Position numbers and translations under genes: made by a program. 64,000 nucleotides of DNA from Vairimorpha necatrix (taxonomy: Eukaryota), in assembly GCA_036630325.1 (NCBI GenBank), contig CP142733.1, forward strand, positions 372,001 through 436,000, given 5' to 3'. The notes beneath the pieces are model-generated. The model searched no databases and was not told where the DNA came from. It saw nothing but the letters and a program-made list of their open reading frames with translations. Below are positions 1 through 12,240 of the stretch, in pieces (position 1 is the stretch's first letter; each line of letters opens with the position of its first letter).

Positions 1-2307
1 CTCCAGACTTTTTCCTATTGTAAATTTGACACTCCTCGCACCTTTTTATCATTTTCACTATATCTTTTTTATTCCTGGCCAATAATAATCAAACTTTATG
101 GCATAATACATGCTTCCTAGTCCTCTGTGTCCATGCTCTTTATGATAACGTCTCATAAGCTCATGCTTTCTTCTATTTTAGGAATCAATGCTTTCCTCCG
201 TGAATCAAATTCTCAGAATTCTTTACCGTTTATGTCTCGACGTGCTTCAACCATTTACTTTCAGTTTGGCGCTCAATTCTTTTTTTACCATTTCTTTTCT
301 CGTATCAACCTTTTCGCGTATCCTACTCAAAACATCCGCCACAATCATATGTTCTGGTTTCCTGTAATCTATTTCAAAGTCAAACTCTTGGATCTTTTCA
401 ATCCATCGATTAAATCTATTATTATTAAAACACGGCTTTTTTCTTATTTTCGCCAATGCTTTGTGATCCGTTTCTACTTTAATTTTTCGTCCTCTTAACT
501 CATACTCAAATTTCTTTTTTCCTTAATATATGGCATACATTTCCTTTTCACTTATACCATATCTAGTTTCCGTCGGGATGAATTTCTTCGATGCCCATTG
601 TACTGGTACCCACTCTTCTTTATCATTCTTCTGTATGAGTACTACGCCCATTCCTATATTGCTCGCGTCAGTTCTTTATAAAAATCCCTTGTCATAGTTT
701 ACAATTTTCAATTTACTTATACTTCTCAACGTTTCCTTCAAATTTTCGAACTCTTTATTCAGGTCATCAGTCCACTTCCATACTTTACTTTTACCTTTCA
801 AACTTTCAGTCATATATAATGTCTTCTCCGCATAATTCTTAATAAATCCTCGAAACCATCCACTCAGTCCTAAAAATCTTCTTATGTCAGACACATTCTG
901 CGGCGTTGGAAACTCCAGTGCTTCGTTTTTCTTGATTTCAGACGGCATCATATCATCTCCGTTTAGTGTAACTCTTAATAACTATACTTCCTTTTGGCAA
1001 TACTGAATTTTCTTTGAATTTAATCGCATATTATTCCGTTCTAACAATTCCATCGCTTCTACAAAACATTTATCATTTTCTTTTCTAGTCTTCGCATGAA
1101 TCACTACATCATCCATGTATACTTCTATTTTACAACCCAAATGGTTTTCAAAAATCTTATTCATAATTCTCTGCATGATATGAGGCGAGTTTTTAAACAC
1201 ATGGCCATACTATTCCACTCATATACTATCTTATCATACACAAATGGAGTCTTATGCTTATCTTGCTCTTCTATTTCGATTTCATAAAAAGCCTCCTTAA
1301 GGTCTATAACACTGAAAAACCTCGACCCTTGCGTGTTCCTTATGATATCCCCAATGTTAACTAAATCATAAGGGTCTTTCTCCACTAAATCATTTAATGC
1401 CATGAGATTGCTAACCAGTCTTATATTTCTATCTGGCTTAACTAGAGCTTTAATCGGATTTCTCCATTCCGACTTCGATCTTCTTTTGACATTCCTTGTC
1501 TCTAACTTCTGAATATATTTTCTCAGCTCTTCTTTATGCGCTTGTGGCACCTGTTGACCTTTCCTAACAACTTTCTTACCTTCTTCAGCTCTGAATCTGC
1601 ATTTTTCGATTTTACAATATCTTATTTTCTCTTCTTCGTTGTCTACAACGTTCCTGAACCTCTTTCTCATGTCTTCTAATGTTAGACCGTTTTTTTCTAC
1701 CTCATCATAACATCTTTTATTTCTTGTCTTCCATTCTTGTTTTTTTTGTCTTTTAACATCCCGTGTGTTCCTATAAGTCCTTTCATTACAGCTACTGCTA
1801 CCTTCTTTTTTAATCTTCTCACATTCGTCTTTATGGCTTTCATTTCTACATCTATAATAACACATCTGACTCTTATGTCTCATTCTTGAACGTTTATAAC
1901 ATCTCATTGTTCCTCTCTTTTAAATATTTTTTCCTCTCTACTAATATTTCTAATCTCCTCTGCCTCCATCTTTGTGACCTCCTCAATCATCCGTAATCTC
2001 ATATCCCTTTCCTCCTGTACTTTAACCAGTTCCTCTAATTTGGTTTCCATAACTTTCCTATGATCTCCAATCTTAATATTCTTAACTATAAATTCTTTCA
2101 ACTCATCAGTTTTAAGATCAAAAATCTCCTTCTTTACATTCTTCTCAAAATCATAATCAGACAATACTAAACCATAAACAATCCTTTTAAACTCTTCTAA
2201 TAACCTTCTGGCCTCTTGACCACAGCCAACACTTGTTAACTCACGATTTGGTATCGCCCCATGTATTTATTTATCATAATTGAGCTCAAAAATATAAGAA
2301 TATATAA
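1..2307 (-). mobile_element. Ty3/Gypsy LTR retrotransposon, family A copy 1, degenerate; continues past the window start. Its 5' LTR is split, with the remainder at 9969-9978
   Basis: Broken ORFs with RT motifs (IDLKEAF, YMDD) and RNase H. PBS-like TGGGGCGATACC at 2261-2250 follows the LTR end at 2262. Colinear with the copy at 38251-41366. Confidence 0.9.
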
Positions 2308-2390
2308 TGTTGAAGGAGTTAACAAGCATAAGGGGTTTATTTAATAATTATTATAAGGACACCAACATCCCCTCTGAAGTACCTTATCGG

Positions 2391-2906
2391 TTAACTTCTT
2401 TCATTTTTATTTTCTTTAAAGGATTCCTCTTTCCTTTTACTTTTCCTATTCACTTTCTTGCTCATGTTATTGTTACTAATAAGATTACAATGTACCTTAA
2501 GTTCATCCAATGAAGTATTTCCAGATAGTTCCAAAGCCCTGAAATCGTTACCTGGCCATAATTTTGTCGCCAGATGTTTAATAATGAGATTTTCCGAGCA
2601 TCCTAAGTCCTCTAATTTGGTTGCTATTCGGTCTATAAATTCGTCTCTTGTTTCTGAGTATACTTTATTTTCGAGACAAATTTTTAATACTTCATCTGAT
2701 GCAGTGGATTTGGTGGGGTAAAGTGCTGAGATATCCTCCCACTTTTTGATTTTCTTTTCGATTATTAACTTTCCTAATTCCATATCACAATTTCTAATTA
2801 AATAACTTGATTTTTTTTCTGGTGTAAGTTCTTTATCTAAATTCAAAAGTTCAGCTATGAACTGCAGATCTTTTTTTGTTATTTTTTGTCCCATCGCTGC
2901 TTCCAT
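2391..2906 (-). CDS. Extra ORF3 (171 aa) downstream of pol, possibly Gag/capsid-like
   Basis: Open ORF between the pol stop (2909) and the PPT. Start context CCCTAAAAATG overlaps the pol stop. No obvious signal peptide or TM segment. Confidence 0.6.
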   Translation of the reverse strand: MEAAMGQKITKKDLQFIAELLNLDKELTPEKKSSYLIRNCDMELGKLIIEKKIKKWEDISALYPTKSTASDEVLKICLENKVYSETRDEFIDRIATKLEDLGCSENLIIKHLATKLWPGNDFRALELSGNTSLDELKVHCNLISNNNMSKKVNRKSKRKEESFKENKNERS

Positions 2907-3454
2907 TTTTAGGGTTTAGAATTTTGAAATTTTTTAAGCTGAGCGTGATTACGCTTAGTTTTCTTTCCATTTATCATAACATAATAAGAATCACCTTCTA
3001 AAATTTCTACGATCTTTCTTTCAAATACATATTTGCTATCTGCTTTGGCAGATGATGTATTAGTATTTATGTCCTGTGTAAATACATTTTCTCCAATGTC
3101 AAATTTTTCTCTTTTTAATAATTTAAATTCCTTTTCGTATTTCACTCGTTGTGTTTCTTTTACTTCTGGGGGAATTCTGAATTCCATCTCATTTGGTGTA
3201 CATTTAATACCTCTGTGATAGGTATTATTGAATCGTGTAACTATATCTGGTAAATTATTTTTTAAATTATAATTGGGATCTTCAAAAACTTTTTCCTTAT
3301 TATCTGCCATACATTTCTATTTAGTGTTTCGACTCTTCCGTTAAATTGATGATTTCCGAGGATTGTATTGTGAACTGTAATCGAGTTTTTCTCGCACTAC
3401 GTTGATAACTCTTTCGATATGAATTCTCTACTATTATCTATTATAATTTGTTTC

Positions 3455-4598
3455 GGTTAAATTGCGATGTTACCCCCCCCCCCCCCCACCCCTAAAAAAA
3501 TAAAAAAAAAGGGGAAAAAATAAAAAAAAGGGGAAAAAATAAAAAAAATACAAAACTAAAATTTATTCAACTAATTTAAAATCAAATTCAGGGGCCAAAT
3601 CGTAATTTAAAAACCATATATTCTGAACTTCAAAAAAGCACAACATTCTTTCAAGTAGTGATTCTCTATAAATTAACCTAAAACGAGCTATATAAAGTTT
3701 TCGAATTAAATTCATTATAGAACCATGGCTTGTTCCTTCTTTGCGCAATTCCCTTTTAATTACAGACCACATTCCCTCAATTGTTTGGGTGTGGGCGCCT
3801 GTTGTTGGATTTACAAAATTTTGGCTATGATTTACAGTTAAATGTAAATAGTTATATTCCGGACATAGTTCCGAAAACCCTTCATAACCCCGCCAACAAT
3901 CAGTAATAATTGTAGATCCAGGTGCGATTTTTCGTTTTATTAATTCGACAAGAGTATTTCTTGATCGATTTTCAACAATTTCGAAAAAAAAGAATTGCTG
4001 TCTCCTCTTACAACTCCACAACGGCCCAAACTTGGTATTGAAGGATTCTACCGTTATGGTTTTTACTTTTAGCAAGCAATGTCTCGTCTATTTCAACTAC
4101 GCAGTTTAAACCTCCTATGGTTTTGTTTTTTATGTAGTCGAAATAGGATAAGAATACAGCGTTATTAAAACGCGTAAACCAGCGAGATACGGTACTACTA
4201 TCTATATCCAATTCGATAGTAGCCAAAACATTGCTTACACCTTTAACCCATTCACACAGCAAAATTAAAAGATCTTCGATATCTAATCTAGAACTTTTAA
4301 AAATGCTTTCTTTGTAAATGTTACCTTCGTTTGAGCATTTTCTCCCATTTCGTCGTAAGTAACAACGATATTTGTCCAAATTATTTCTAATTTTGGTCAT
4401 GGGAGTCATGCACTTATTGCACATTGGCACCTTTAATATATTTTTTTCAAGAAGAAATAAAAATAATTCCTCTTTTTTATATATTAGTTTTCTAAAATTT
4501 TAGTTCTCCCCTTTTTTTTATTTTTTCCCTTTTTTTATTTTTTCCCCTTTTTTTTATTTTTTTAGGGGTGGGGGGGGGGGTAACATCGCAATTTAACC
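3455..4598 (-). mobile_element. Merlin (IS1595/ISXO2-like) DNA transposon with frameshifted transposase
   Basis: ~105-bp TIRs starting GGTTAAATTGCGATGTTACCC. 8-bp TSD TTTGTTTC at 3447-3454 and 4599-4606. Motifs VEIDET, ITDCW, VNHS and HTQTIEG in ORFs 4008-4430 and 3563-4075. Confidence 0.95.
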
Positions 4599-7500
4599 TT
4601 TGTTTCGGTAGTCCCCACTCCTCAAATATTTCTTTCATTTTTTTAAAATGTTCCCTTGTTAGTTTTATTCTTTAGATATTTTATACTAACTTTTCTTGTG
4701 TGCAGATCGATACATGTAAGTAAGGGCATAGCCTGCTCCAGGAATAAGAGATCGATGTTAACCTTACCAGTTTATAATCTGCTTCCACTAACTTTTCTCC
4801 TCCTTGTGTCTTTTGTTGATTGCATTGACAAGGTTTACAGCGTTTTAGATATTGAGCAATTGATTCGTTCAGTTTAGGCCAATAATATTTTCGTTTAATT
4901 GCATAAATCATTGCATCTCTTCCACCGTGGTTTGTAAGTCTTTCGTGTGCTTCTTCGAGGAGCGCTGGTCTTTCTTCGACTGGCGGGAAGAGCTTTGTTT
5001 CTGTATCGTTTACTTTATAGTACCACGTATCTTTAGAATCGATGAGCACATTTTTGGGCAGCTTTAAATCGTTCATATGATCTGACGTTTCATAAATTCT
5101 ACTTAACACATCAGCCTCAATAATTTCCGTGCCTTTTGTAATGTATTGTATAATCATAACTTTGTGGTTTCTCCTTCATTCGTTCTAATTTCATATTTCC
5201 AAATATATGTTTTGTTTTAACATACGTAAGAGCGGTGTGATCGGTTATTACTTTAAATTTATAGCCTTTTAGATATAGTTCATAATGTTGTATTCCCCAA
5301 GCCATAGCTAGAAATTCTTTCTCTGTTATTGTGTATTTTTTCTCTGCTTCCGACAGTTTTTTAGATGCCCAATCTATAACTATAAGTTCACCATCCTTCT
5401 CTTGTTGAAGGCAAGCTCCTATTCCAGTATTTGAAGCATCCGTTGTTATGACAAATGGTTTTGTGAAGTCTGCTACATTTATCGCTATGTTGGAATTTAT
5501 CTTATGTTTTATGTTGCAAAAGGAGTCCTCGCATTCTTTAGTCCATTTTAATTGATCATTGTCTGTAAGACCTTTAAGTGCATCATATAATGGTTGCGAA
5601 ATTGTTGCTAGATGTGCAATATATTTTCTATAGTAGTTGGCAAATCCAAGAAATTTTTGTAAGTCTTTTTTAGTTTTTGCTGTTTTGAAATCCAATATCT
5701 TTCTCTGATGTTCTCCTATTGGTCTTTGAGTTGACTCATTTATCATAGATCCTAAAAGCTATACCGTTTTGCATTTATATTGCTTTTTATCTGCATTTAC
5801 TTTAAAATTATTATCTGCGAGCCTTTGTAAAGCTTCTAATAAGTTCTGATCAAATTCTTTTTCAGTTTTTCCATATATACCATACATTTAGTTTCCATGA
5901 TATCACATAAGATGTTGTCAATTATCATTTAAAAGATTGCTGGTGAATTTTTGAAGCCTTGAGGCATTCTGGTATATTGATATAGATTGTTTCTAAAATA
6001 AAATGCTGTTTTATATTTATCTTTAGGATCAATTTTTATTTAAAAGAATCCATCTGATAAGTCTAATACCGTAAAAATCTTTTTACCCTGTGTCATATTA
6101 ATGATGTCGTTTATCTTTGGGATCAAGTAATTGTTGTCCACTACAATTTTGTTTAACCATTGCAATATTACAGGTTTTTCGATACTCTCCATTTGGTTTT
6201 TTTACTGGGCGCATAGGATTGCACTATGACGAAGTTGATCTTTCTATATAACCTAAATCCAAGAAAAATGTAATGGTTTTTTTGTGTACCCTCTATGTCA
6301 CATTGTGGTATTATTCTTTTTTTAATATTAACTTTTGCATTTTCTTTTGTATCTATTGTGCACATTATTTTATTATATCCTTCTGATGGTTCATCATTAA
6401 AAACTTTATTGAACTTTTTCTTAAGTTCTCCTATCTCATGTCTTAATTTTTGAACATTTATTATAGTTGGGTTACCGATCAAGAGGGAAATCGATACATT
6501 GTTCATAATATAAAAAGTTGTTATTATCTGTATAATATTTATTTTCACAGTCAATTCTACGTCTTCAGTTAGGGTGTTTTCTTGTCCAAAAATGTTCGTT
6601 ACTGTAATCTCCTTCGTCTCTATGTTTAGAAATTCTTTTTCTTCAACAAGCGTCCTACTAATTAAGTTTAAATTGCTACCTGAGTTTACCACTGCATTTA
6701 TTTTATCTTCAGCAATAAATACTTTCATAGTCTTGACTTCCCCTAGTGGTGTTTGTAGATTGTTAATCGAAAATATTTTTGAATTCTTTTTTTGTTCTTC
6801 TTTTGGAGGTTGTTTATGGGTTCTTACCTGTTCAATGTTCTGAGTTTGATGTTTTCTTATTTTATGGTTTTCTCTATTAATATTAAAAATTCTTTTCTCC
6901 TTAATAATTCTATCTTGTTCTGATAATCCTCGTATACTGACTGGTTAGAAAAGTAGTCTCTAAAAGTTAAGAATCCTTCTAAAGTTAAAAATGTTCTTGA
7001 GATAATTTGTTTAGCAAATTCTTCATCCATACCAGAATCATAAGCAACAGTTATAATTCTATCTAACCATTCACTCACTGGTTCATCTAACCTTTGTCTA
7101 GCTTCCAATAGTTTCAAAAGAGTTATTTCCTCAGTCATTTTTTTAATCGACCCTTTAGTTGCCTCCATGTAACATTTGTAAATTTTTGTTTGTTTTTGAT
7201 CATTAGAATTTGAGCCTCCCTATCAAGAATCCTAAGGAAGATTGATATTTTTCCTTGTCATGAATAATGTTATGAGCTTTAAATTGGAGCTCCAAATATT
7301 CCATGTCTGCTTTGGCTTTAGTAATTCTGAATGTTAGTCCTTCTATTTTTTGTTTCGTATCGGGTGCAATGTTGAAAGAATATACAAGCATAAGGGGGTT
7401 ATTTAATAATTGTCGCGCGCCCGGCGCGCGACCGGAAGAATATGTGAAGAAATTTTACATAAACATATTGTATGTTCAATCTAACTTCAGATTTGAGGTT

Positions 7501-8404
7501 TAAAAGTGTATTATTAACAAGGTTATATACAAAATGATCTTATTTTTGTAGTAACATTTTACTAACGCCCACTTACATCATGAACATAAACAAAATAAAA
7601 GATTTTTTAATTAAAGGTTGATTTTTGTCAAATTGGGTTAAGCTTTTTTTAATTTTTTAAGCGCATTAAGATTATAACAAAGATCTCTAACGGATAACTC
7701 ATTAAGCTATTTATTTATATGCATATACATAAAAAAAATTACAAATTTAAGGGTACATTGTATTCCATTATTTCTTTTCATAATGCTTAATTAGCTCTAT
7801 TTTTATAGATCAGCTTAGAAGATTCTTAGAATTTAATTAAACTTCAATTTATAAGAATTTTTATAAACAATAAAAATAAATTAAAAGGAACATTTATATA
7901 TAAACTAGAGAAATTTTTTTATTACATTAAAAACTCTTAACTCAAGTATTGATTATCTTGGAAAAATAAATTAAAAAAATAAAAATATGATGCTGTGCTC
8001 AAATATAAAGTTTTAGAAAAAATACCTAAATTTGAGTTCACAAAAATTCATTTTAGTTAATTAGGTACCCATGGCTGTGTAAAGATTACATTTTAGACGC
8101 CCGTTTAATAAATAGTCTACGAAGGTCATTTGAATATTATATTTCTAGTACGTTGGTATTTGCATTTTTACACTTTATTCTTTAAAATAACGCACATCAT
8201 ATATATATATATATATTATAAAATAAATTATGTTAAAAAAACGGGCTTAGTGATATCTTGTTAAACAGATAACTTTTTTAATTCAAAAACATACAATTTT
8301 CATGAATAAAACATTAATTGTAGTTTTCAATATATAAATTATAGGAAAAGATCGTAAACAACTAAAATTTATAGTAAAACAAATAGTAAAATTTATCTAA
8401 AGGA

Positions 8405-9629
8405 TCATTTATTTAATTTTTTAACCAGATTCATTGACATAATTTCCTCCTTACCTTCGTATTTTAACCTTAATCGGTTATTCGATAAAATTTCTATTAC
8501 TTCCCGTGGTTCACTATAAAAAGAACTCACCTTTAGTTTTTTTGTTTTCGTATTAGTGTCGAAATCTTTTTTTACAACCACTAAATTTTCAATAGAAAAA
8601 TCGTTGATGGAATTATGAACACATTTTCTGTCCATTCGAGCCAAATATTTTTCATTACTCACTGCATCACTTCCTGGAATCGTGTTTACAGTTGTTTCAT
8701 CAATATCAGTACAATCATCGTCATTCTCCCTTAGACATGTATTGTATCCAAGGCTTCCGTACCATAACTTATAGGGAGACTTCTTTGTAGCAGAATGTAC
8801 AGCGGTATTATAGTCATAAACAACTTTATTAATGACCGCTAGCCAGTTCTTATTGTTAAAACCTTTTTCGCACAGATGTTTTTGCAGGTAGCGAGTAAGG
8901 GTTTGATTAAACCTCTCGACTTGTCCTTGACTCTGGGGATGACGAGGTCTGCCATGAATAAGAATTATTTTATTTTGTTTACAAAATTCAACTAATGTTT
9001 CATTTTTAAACTCTTTGCCGTTGTCGTATTGAAGTATAGCAGGAAAGCCTAACGTTTGAAATTTGTATTCTAACCGTGATACGACTTCAGCGGCGGTTTT
9101 AGTTTTCAAAGCAGAATTAAAAGCATATTTAGAAAATACATCTATTGCTGTGAGTATCCAACTAAAACCATCATTTTCATCACTATAAGTCCTCATATCA
9201 ACAAGATCAATAATAAATCTTTCAAAGGGTCTTTTAGCGACGATGTGCTTGAACTTTTCTTTTGTTTTAAGAGGTTGTGCTGTCATGCATATATTGCATT
9301 CACTGCAAACCTCCCCTACAATACACCTAGGTATACTATAGTATTGTTCCTTACACTTATCATAGAGACGGTTCGCGACATAATGATGCTGCCGATGAAG
9401 TTCTTGGACCTCTTTTTCATAGCTTGGACCATAGTACTTACAAATACTCTTTTGTGCCAGCCCCCCCCCCCACATCCTTCAAGAAAAGAATGTTATCCAC
9501 AAGAATAAAACTTTGGGATTTCTTCTTTAGCCTATATTTTAAATGTTTATCACATTCTAGGCTAACCTCGTCCCCTTTGAGTATTTGGACAAGCCGATCA
9601 TACTCAACTTGGTCTTTTACTTCTTTCAT
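8405..9629 (-). pseudogene. rve-type integrase/transposase (HHCC zinc finger + DDE), frameshifted at homopolymer runs near 9415-9470
   Basis: ATG at 9629 with CCC motif. H-x3-H...CxxC, IDLVD, QYDNGKEF and HPQSQGQVERFN motifs. The frameshift may be a sequencing error. Confidence 0.85.
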
Positions 9630-9696
9630 AGAGGGTAAAAAAAAAATTTTTTTAAAATGATGAATCTTTACTATAAGTATTTGCAAAATATTTTAG

Positions 9697-9780
9697 TCAA
9701 CCAGCTTGGCACAGTGGTTGTTATGGTCATCCGTCACATTGAAGGTCGTAGTTCGAATCCCAACGTGTTGAATATTTTTT
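9697..9780 (+). promoter_or_regulatory. tRNA-type Pol III internal promoter (A box + B box + T6) inside the Ginger-like element
   Basis: A box TGGCACAGTGG at 9707-9717, B box GTTCGAATCC at 9751-9760, TTTTTT at 9775-9780. tRNA-like spacing but no convincing cloverleaf. Confidence 0.6.
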
Positions 9781-10975
9781 AGGGGTCATAAAAAAGATAG
9801 TTGAATAATCATAAACAGTTAACATACAGAAATTCATAGCTTGTATAATTACAAATTTCAAATGTTAAAAATTCTGTTAGGTTTAGTAAATTAGGAAAAA
9901 ATCCGGTCGCGCACTGGGCGCGGTCGCTCGTTGGGCGCGCGACAATAATTATTATAAGGACACCAACATATAACGTCATATATTCTTTAAAAACTTTATC
10001 TTTTGTTTGCGTTTGCACTTACAATGATCAGGCTCTTAAATATTGGCAAAAACTATTGTAAATAAACTTAATTCACTTTGTACAATTAATCTTTTTGAAT
10101 CCGTTGAGTTCAGGATAGAATATATCGACTCTAATTAAAAAATGCAAGTTTGTTTTCTAAAGTATCATAATAATTTCAATAAAGCTTTTAACTTACTTAT
10201 CAAAACTAGATATATAAATTACAAAAAAGCGAATTTAAAGTTGTAAGATCACACAACAGAGTATTTAACGCAGCACTCATCATATAACGTTTATAATTTT
10301 TGATTTAAACGAACTTCTTAATATTATTGTCGTAGTTTCTTACGCTCCAAGAGAGCATTTATAATGCTTAATTATTTCTATATGTTTTAATAATATATTA
10401 ACCATACCTTAAGAAAAGAGAAGAGGACGAAAATAAAATAAAGCGTTAAAAAAACAATTAAATTTTTCACTGTAATTGTGATGACTTTATTGATGGATGT
10501 GAAACATCATCACAAAGACATTTAGTTTATAATACTTTCTTAAACTAAATGTCTTTCATTTGTTTGTTTACAAACAATCAAATATTTAAAAAATTATAAA
10601 ATAGCCCCCAAAAAGAAAGGAGGATGGTTCTAAAATATAATAATAAAACCCATATAGTAAAAATCATATTTACATACATAAAACTAATAATCTTATTGGG
10701 ACGTACCTCCGCTTGGGGTATGTCAGTAATATATAATTATTTTTCATTACTATTCGCTAAGTTTATTATACAAACACATTAAAATGAGTAAACAAAATTT
10801 AAAAAAATTGTTGCTAAATTATAAATATAAAAATAAATATAAGGTAAATAAACAATGAATAAAACTTTTTGCACTTTGATGAACTTCTGGAGAAATAGAG
10901 AAGTATCACTAATTAGCTAGCAATCCAATGAAATGATGTTTATAAAAAAAATTGAAAAATATCAGAAGAAATAGT

Positions 10976-11575
10976 CGCACATGACAGTTTGGAACCCATT
11001 ATGAAAAAATGAACCAGCTTTGAATATTTAAAAAATAAAAAAAAAAGGTAAAAAAGACTTGGCAAGTAATTTTAGATGATAAATATGATGATTTATAGGT
11101 CGATTTTTAAATATTTGATAAGAATAGAGGAATAGAAAAGGTACTCATTGTGTTGTCTGTGTTTGTTTCATGTCTAGATCGCATATTTTCTTAAGAAAAA
11201 AAAATCTTTCAATGTGTACGGCATTGTGTCGCAGGATCGGGTAATTTTACGAAATTGATGACGCTATTCACAATCATGTGCTCCATTCCAGTGATTTGTC
11301 CAATGCGGCATCATATGCTATTGCTGATAATGATCACAATAGAACTGGTAATACATATTGTATCCCCCCATGGAGAATAGCCCCATTTCTATAAGACACA
11401 GGACATATAAGGCCCACGCTGGTCATGTATTATTAAATTATTTTTTAAAAAACTTTAATTTATTTCTATATTCAAAAACAATCTATTTTTAGTAATATTT
11501 GTTCCTACTAATTTTGTCATTTTTTTACAGGGATCATTTCAAATTTTCAAAGCGGGTTCCAAACGGTCATGTACC
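10976..11575 (-). mobile_element. Internally deleted Merlin element
   Basis: Imperfect ~22-bp TIRs (ACATGACxGTTTGGAACCC). TSD GAAATAGT/GAAATAGA. Transposase remnant (MEHMIVN...INFV-like). Confidence 0.7.
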
Positions 11576-11789
11576 GAAATAGATTTGACAGCAAAATAAA
11601 CGGCAAAAATTTTTATCCAGAAAGAACCGAATTGATTAAATATAAATAAGGTATTTTGAGAAACGCCTGAAATTACGTATAAGTACTCTTTACAAAATGG
11701 TAATCCAAAAATCAATGATTACCACAGAATTCGTAAAGCAAATATAAAGTCGAAAGAGCCAGATGGTTTCAATCAAAAATACCTACACA

Positions 11790-11950
11790 GTAAAAAAAAC
11801 ATTTGTCTCTATGAAAAAAATGAAATAAGTTTGTACTAAAAGAAACAAATTTGTATGTATGAAAAGAAACAAATTTGTCTGTATAAAAAGCCACAAATTT
11901 GTAGTTATAAACAGAATCAAATTTGTTTTTATGAAAAGAAGAAAAGTTTA
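11790..11950. repeat. Degenerate ~24-bp minisatellite, about 6 copies
   Basis: Repeated AAAAGAAACAAATTTGTxTGTATG-like units. Confidence 0.75.
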
Positions 11951-12025
11951 ACAAGATCTCTATTAACTCATTTTATTGCGATGATACTAAATTTGATTTT
12001 ATGGTGCTAAAATTATTAAAAGTAA

Positions 12026-12240
12026 GGTCGTGCACAGGAATGTGTCCTGTCCTGAGGTAGTTCTCTAGGATGCTGTGGCACTTGGATACATCGATCCCTG
12101 TAGTATAATCCTTAATTGTAAAAGATTTATTTATTTTCTCTCGATTGCTCTTGAAATGCATGGGGTTAAAAAATTATTTCTTTTTATATTTTTGAGGAAC
12201 AAAATATTTGAAAGATAATTTTACGTGTAATAATACCACA
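12026..12240 (-). mobile_element. Degenerate solo LTR of the gag-in-LTR clan
   Basis: Starts TGTGGTAT on the minus strand. CCCC-ATG at 12161 encodes HSILENYLRTGHIPVHD, matching the Gag N-terminal motif of the clan. TSD not clear. Confidence 0.55.

Larger units (their letters stand above)
7411..9944 (-). mobile_element. Ginger-like TIR DNA transposon encoding a KRBA2/SCAND3-type retroviral-like integrase
   Basis: TIRs TGTCGCGCGCCC...GGGCGCGCGACA. 5-bp TSD ATAAT at 7406-7410 and 9945-9949, confirmed against the uninterrupted sister LTR at 2308-2367. No RT in the element. Confidence 0.9.
2308..9968 (-). mobile_element. Ty3/Gypsy LTR retrotransposon with ~60-bp LTRs and an extra 3' ORF; hosts Merlin and Ginger-like insertions
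   Basis: LTR TGTTG...CAACA at 2308-2367 and split at 7370-7410 + 9945-9968. TSD TATAA at 2303-2307 and 9969-9973. PPT-like purine run at 2368-2377. Gag, protease, RT, RNase H and integrase fragments at 7360-2909. Confidence 0.92.

Noticed and set aside
2391-2906. env gene
   Set aside because: Too short, with no signal peptide or transmembrane helix evident.
3455-4598. Bacterial IS1595 contamination or recent horizontal transfer
   Set aside because: It is nested with a TSD inside a eukaryotic LTR element and matches the eukaryotic Merlin superfamily.
9697-9775. Functional tRNA gene
   Set aside because: A and B boxes are present but the acceptor, anticodon and T stems do not pair. Kept only as a Pol III promoter-like element.
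11769-12161. Host gene with an 8-aa repeat (ORFs 11973-12161 and 11769-11954)
   Set aside because: The N-terminus is better explained as a Gag start in a solo LTR reading into flanking DNA and a minisatellite, and there is an in-frame stop.
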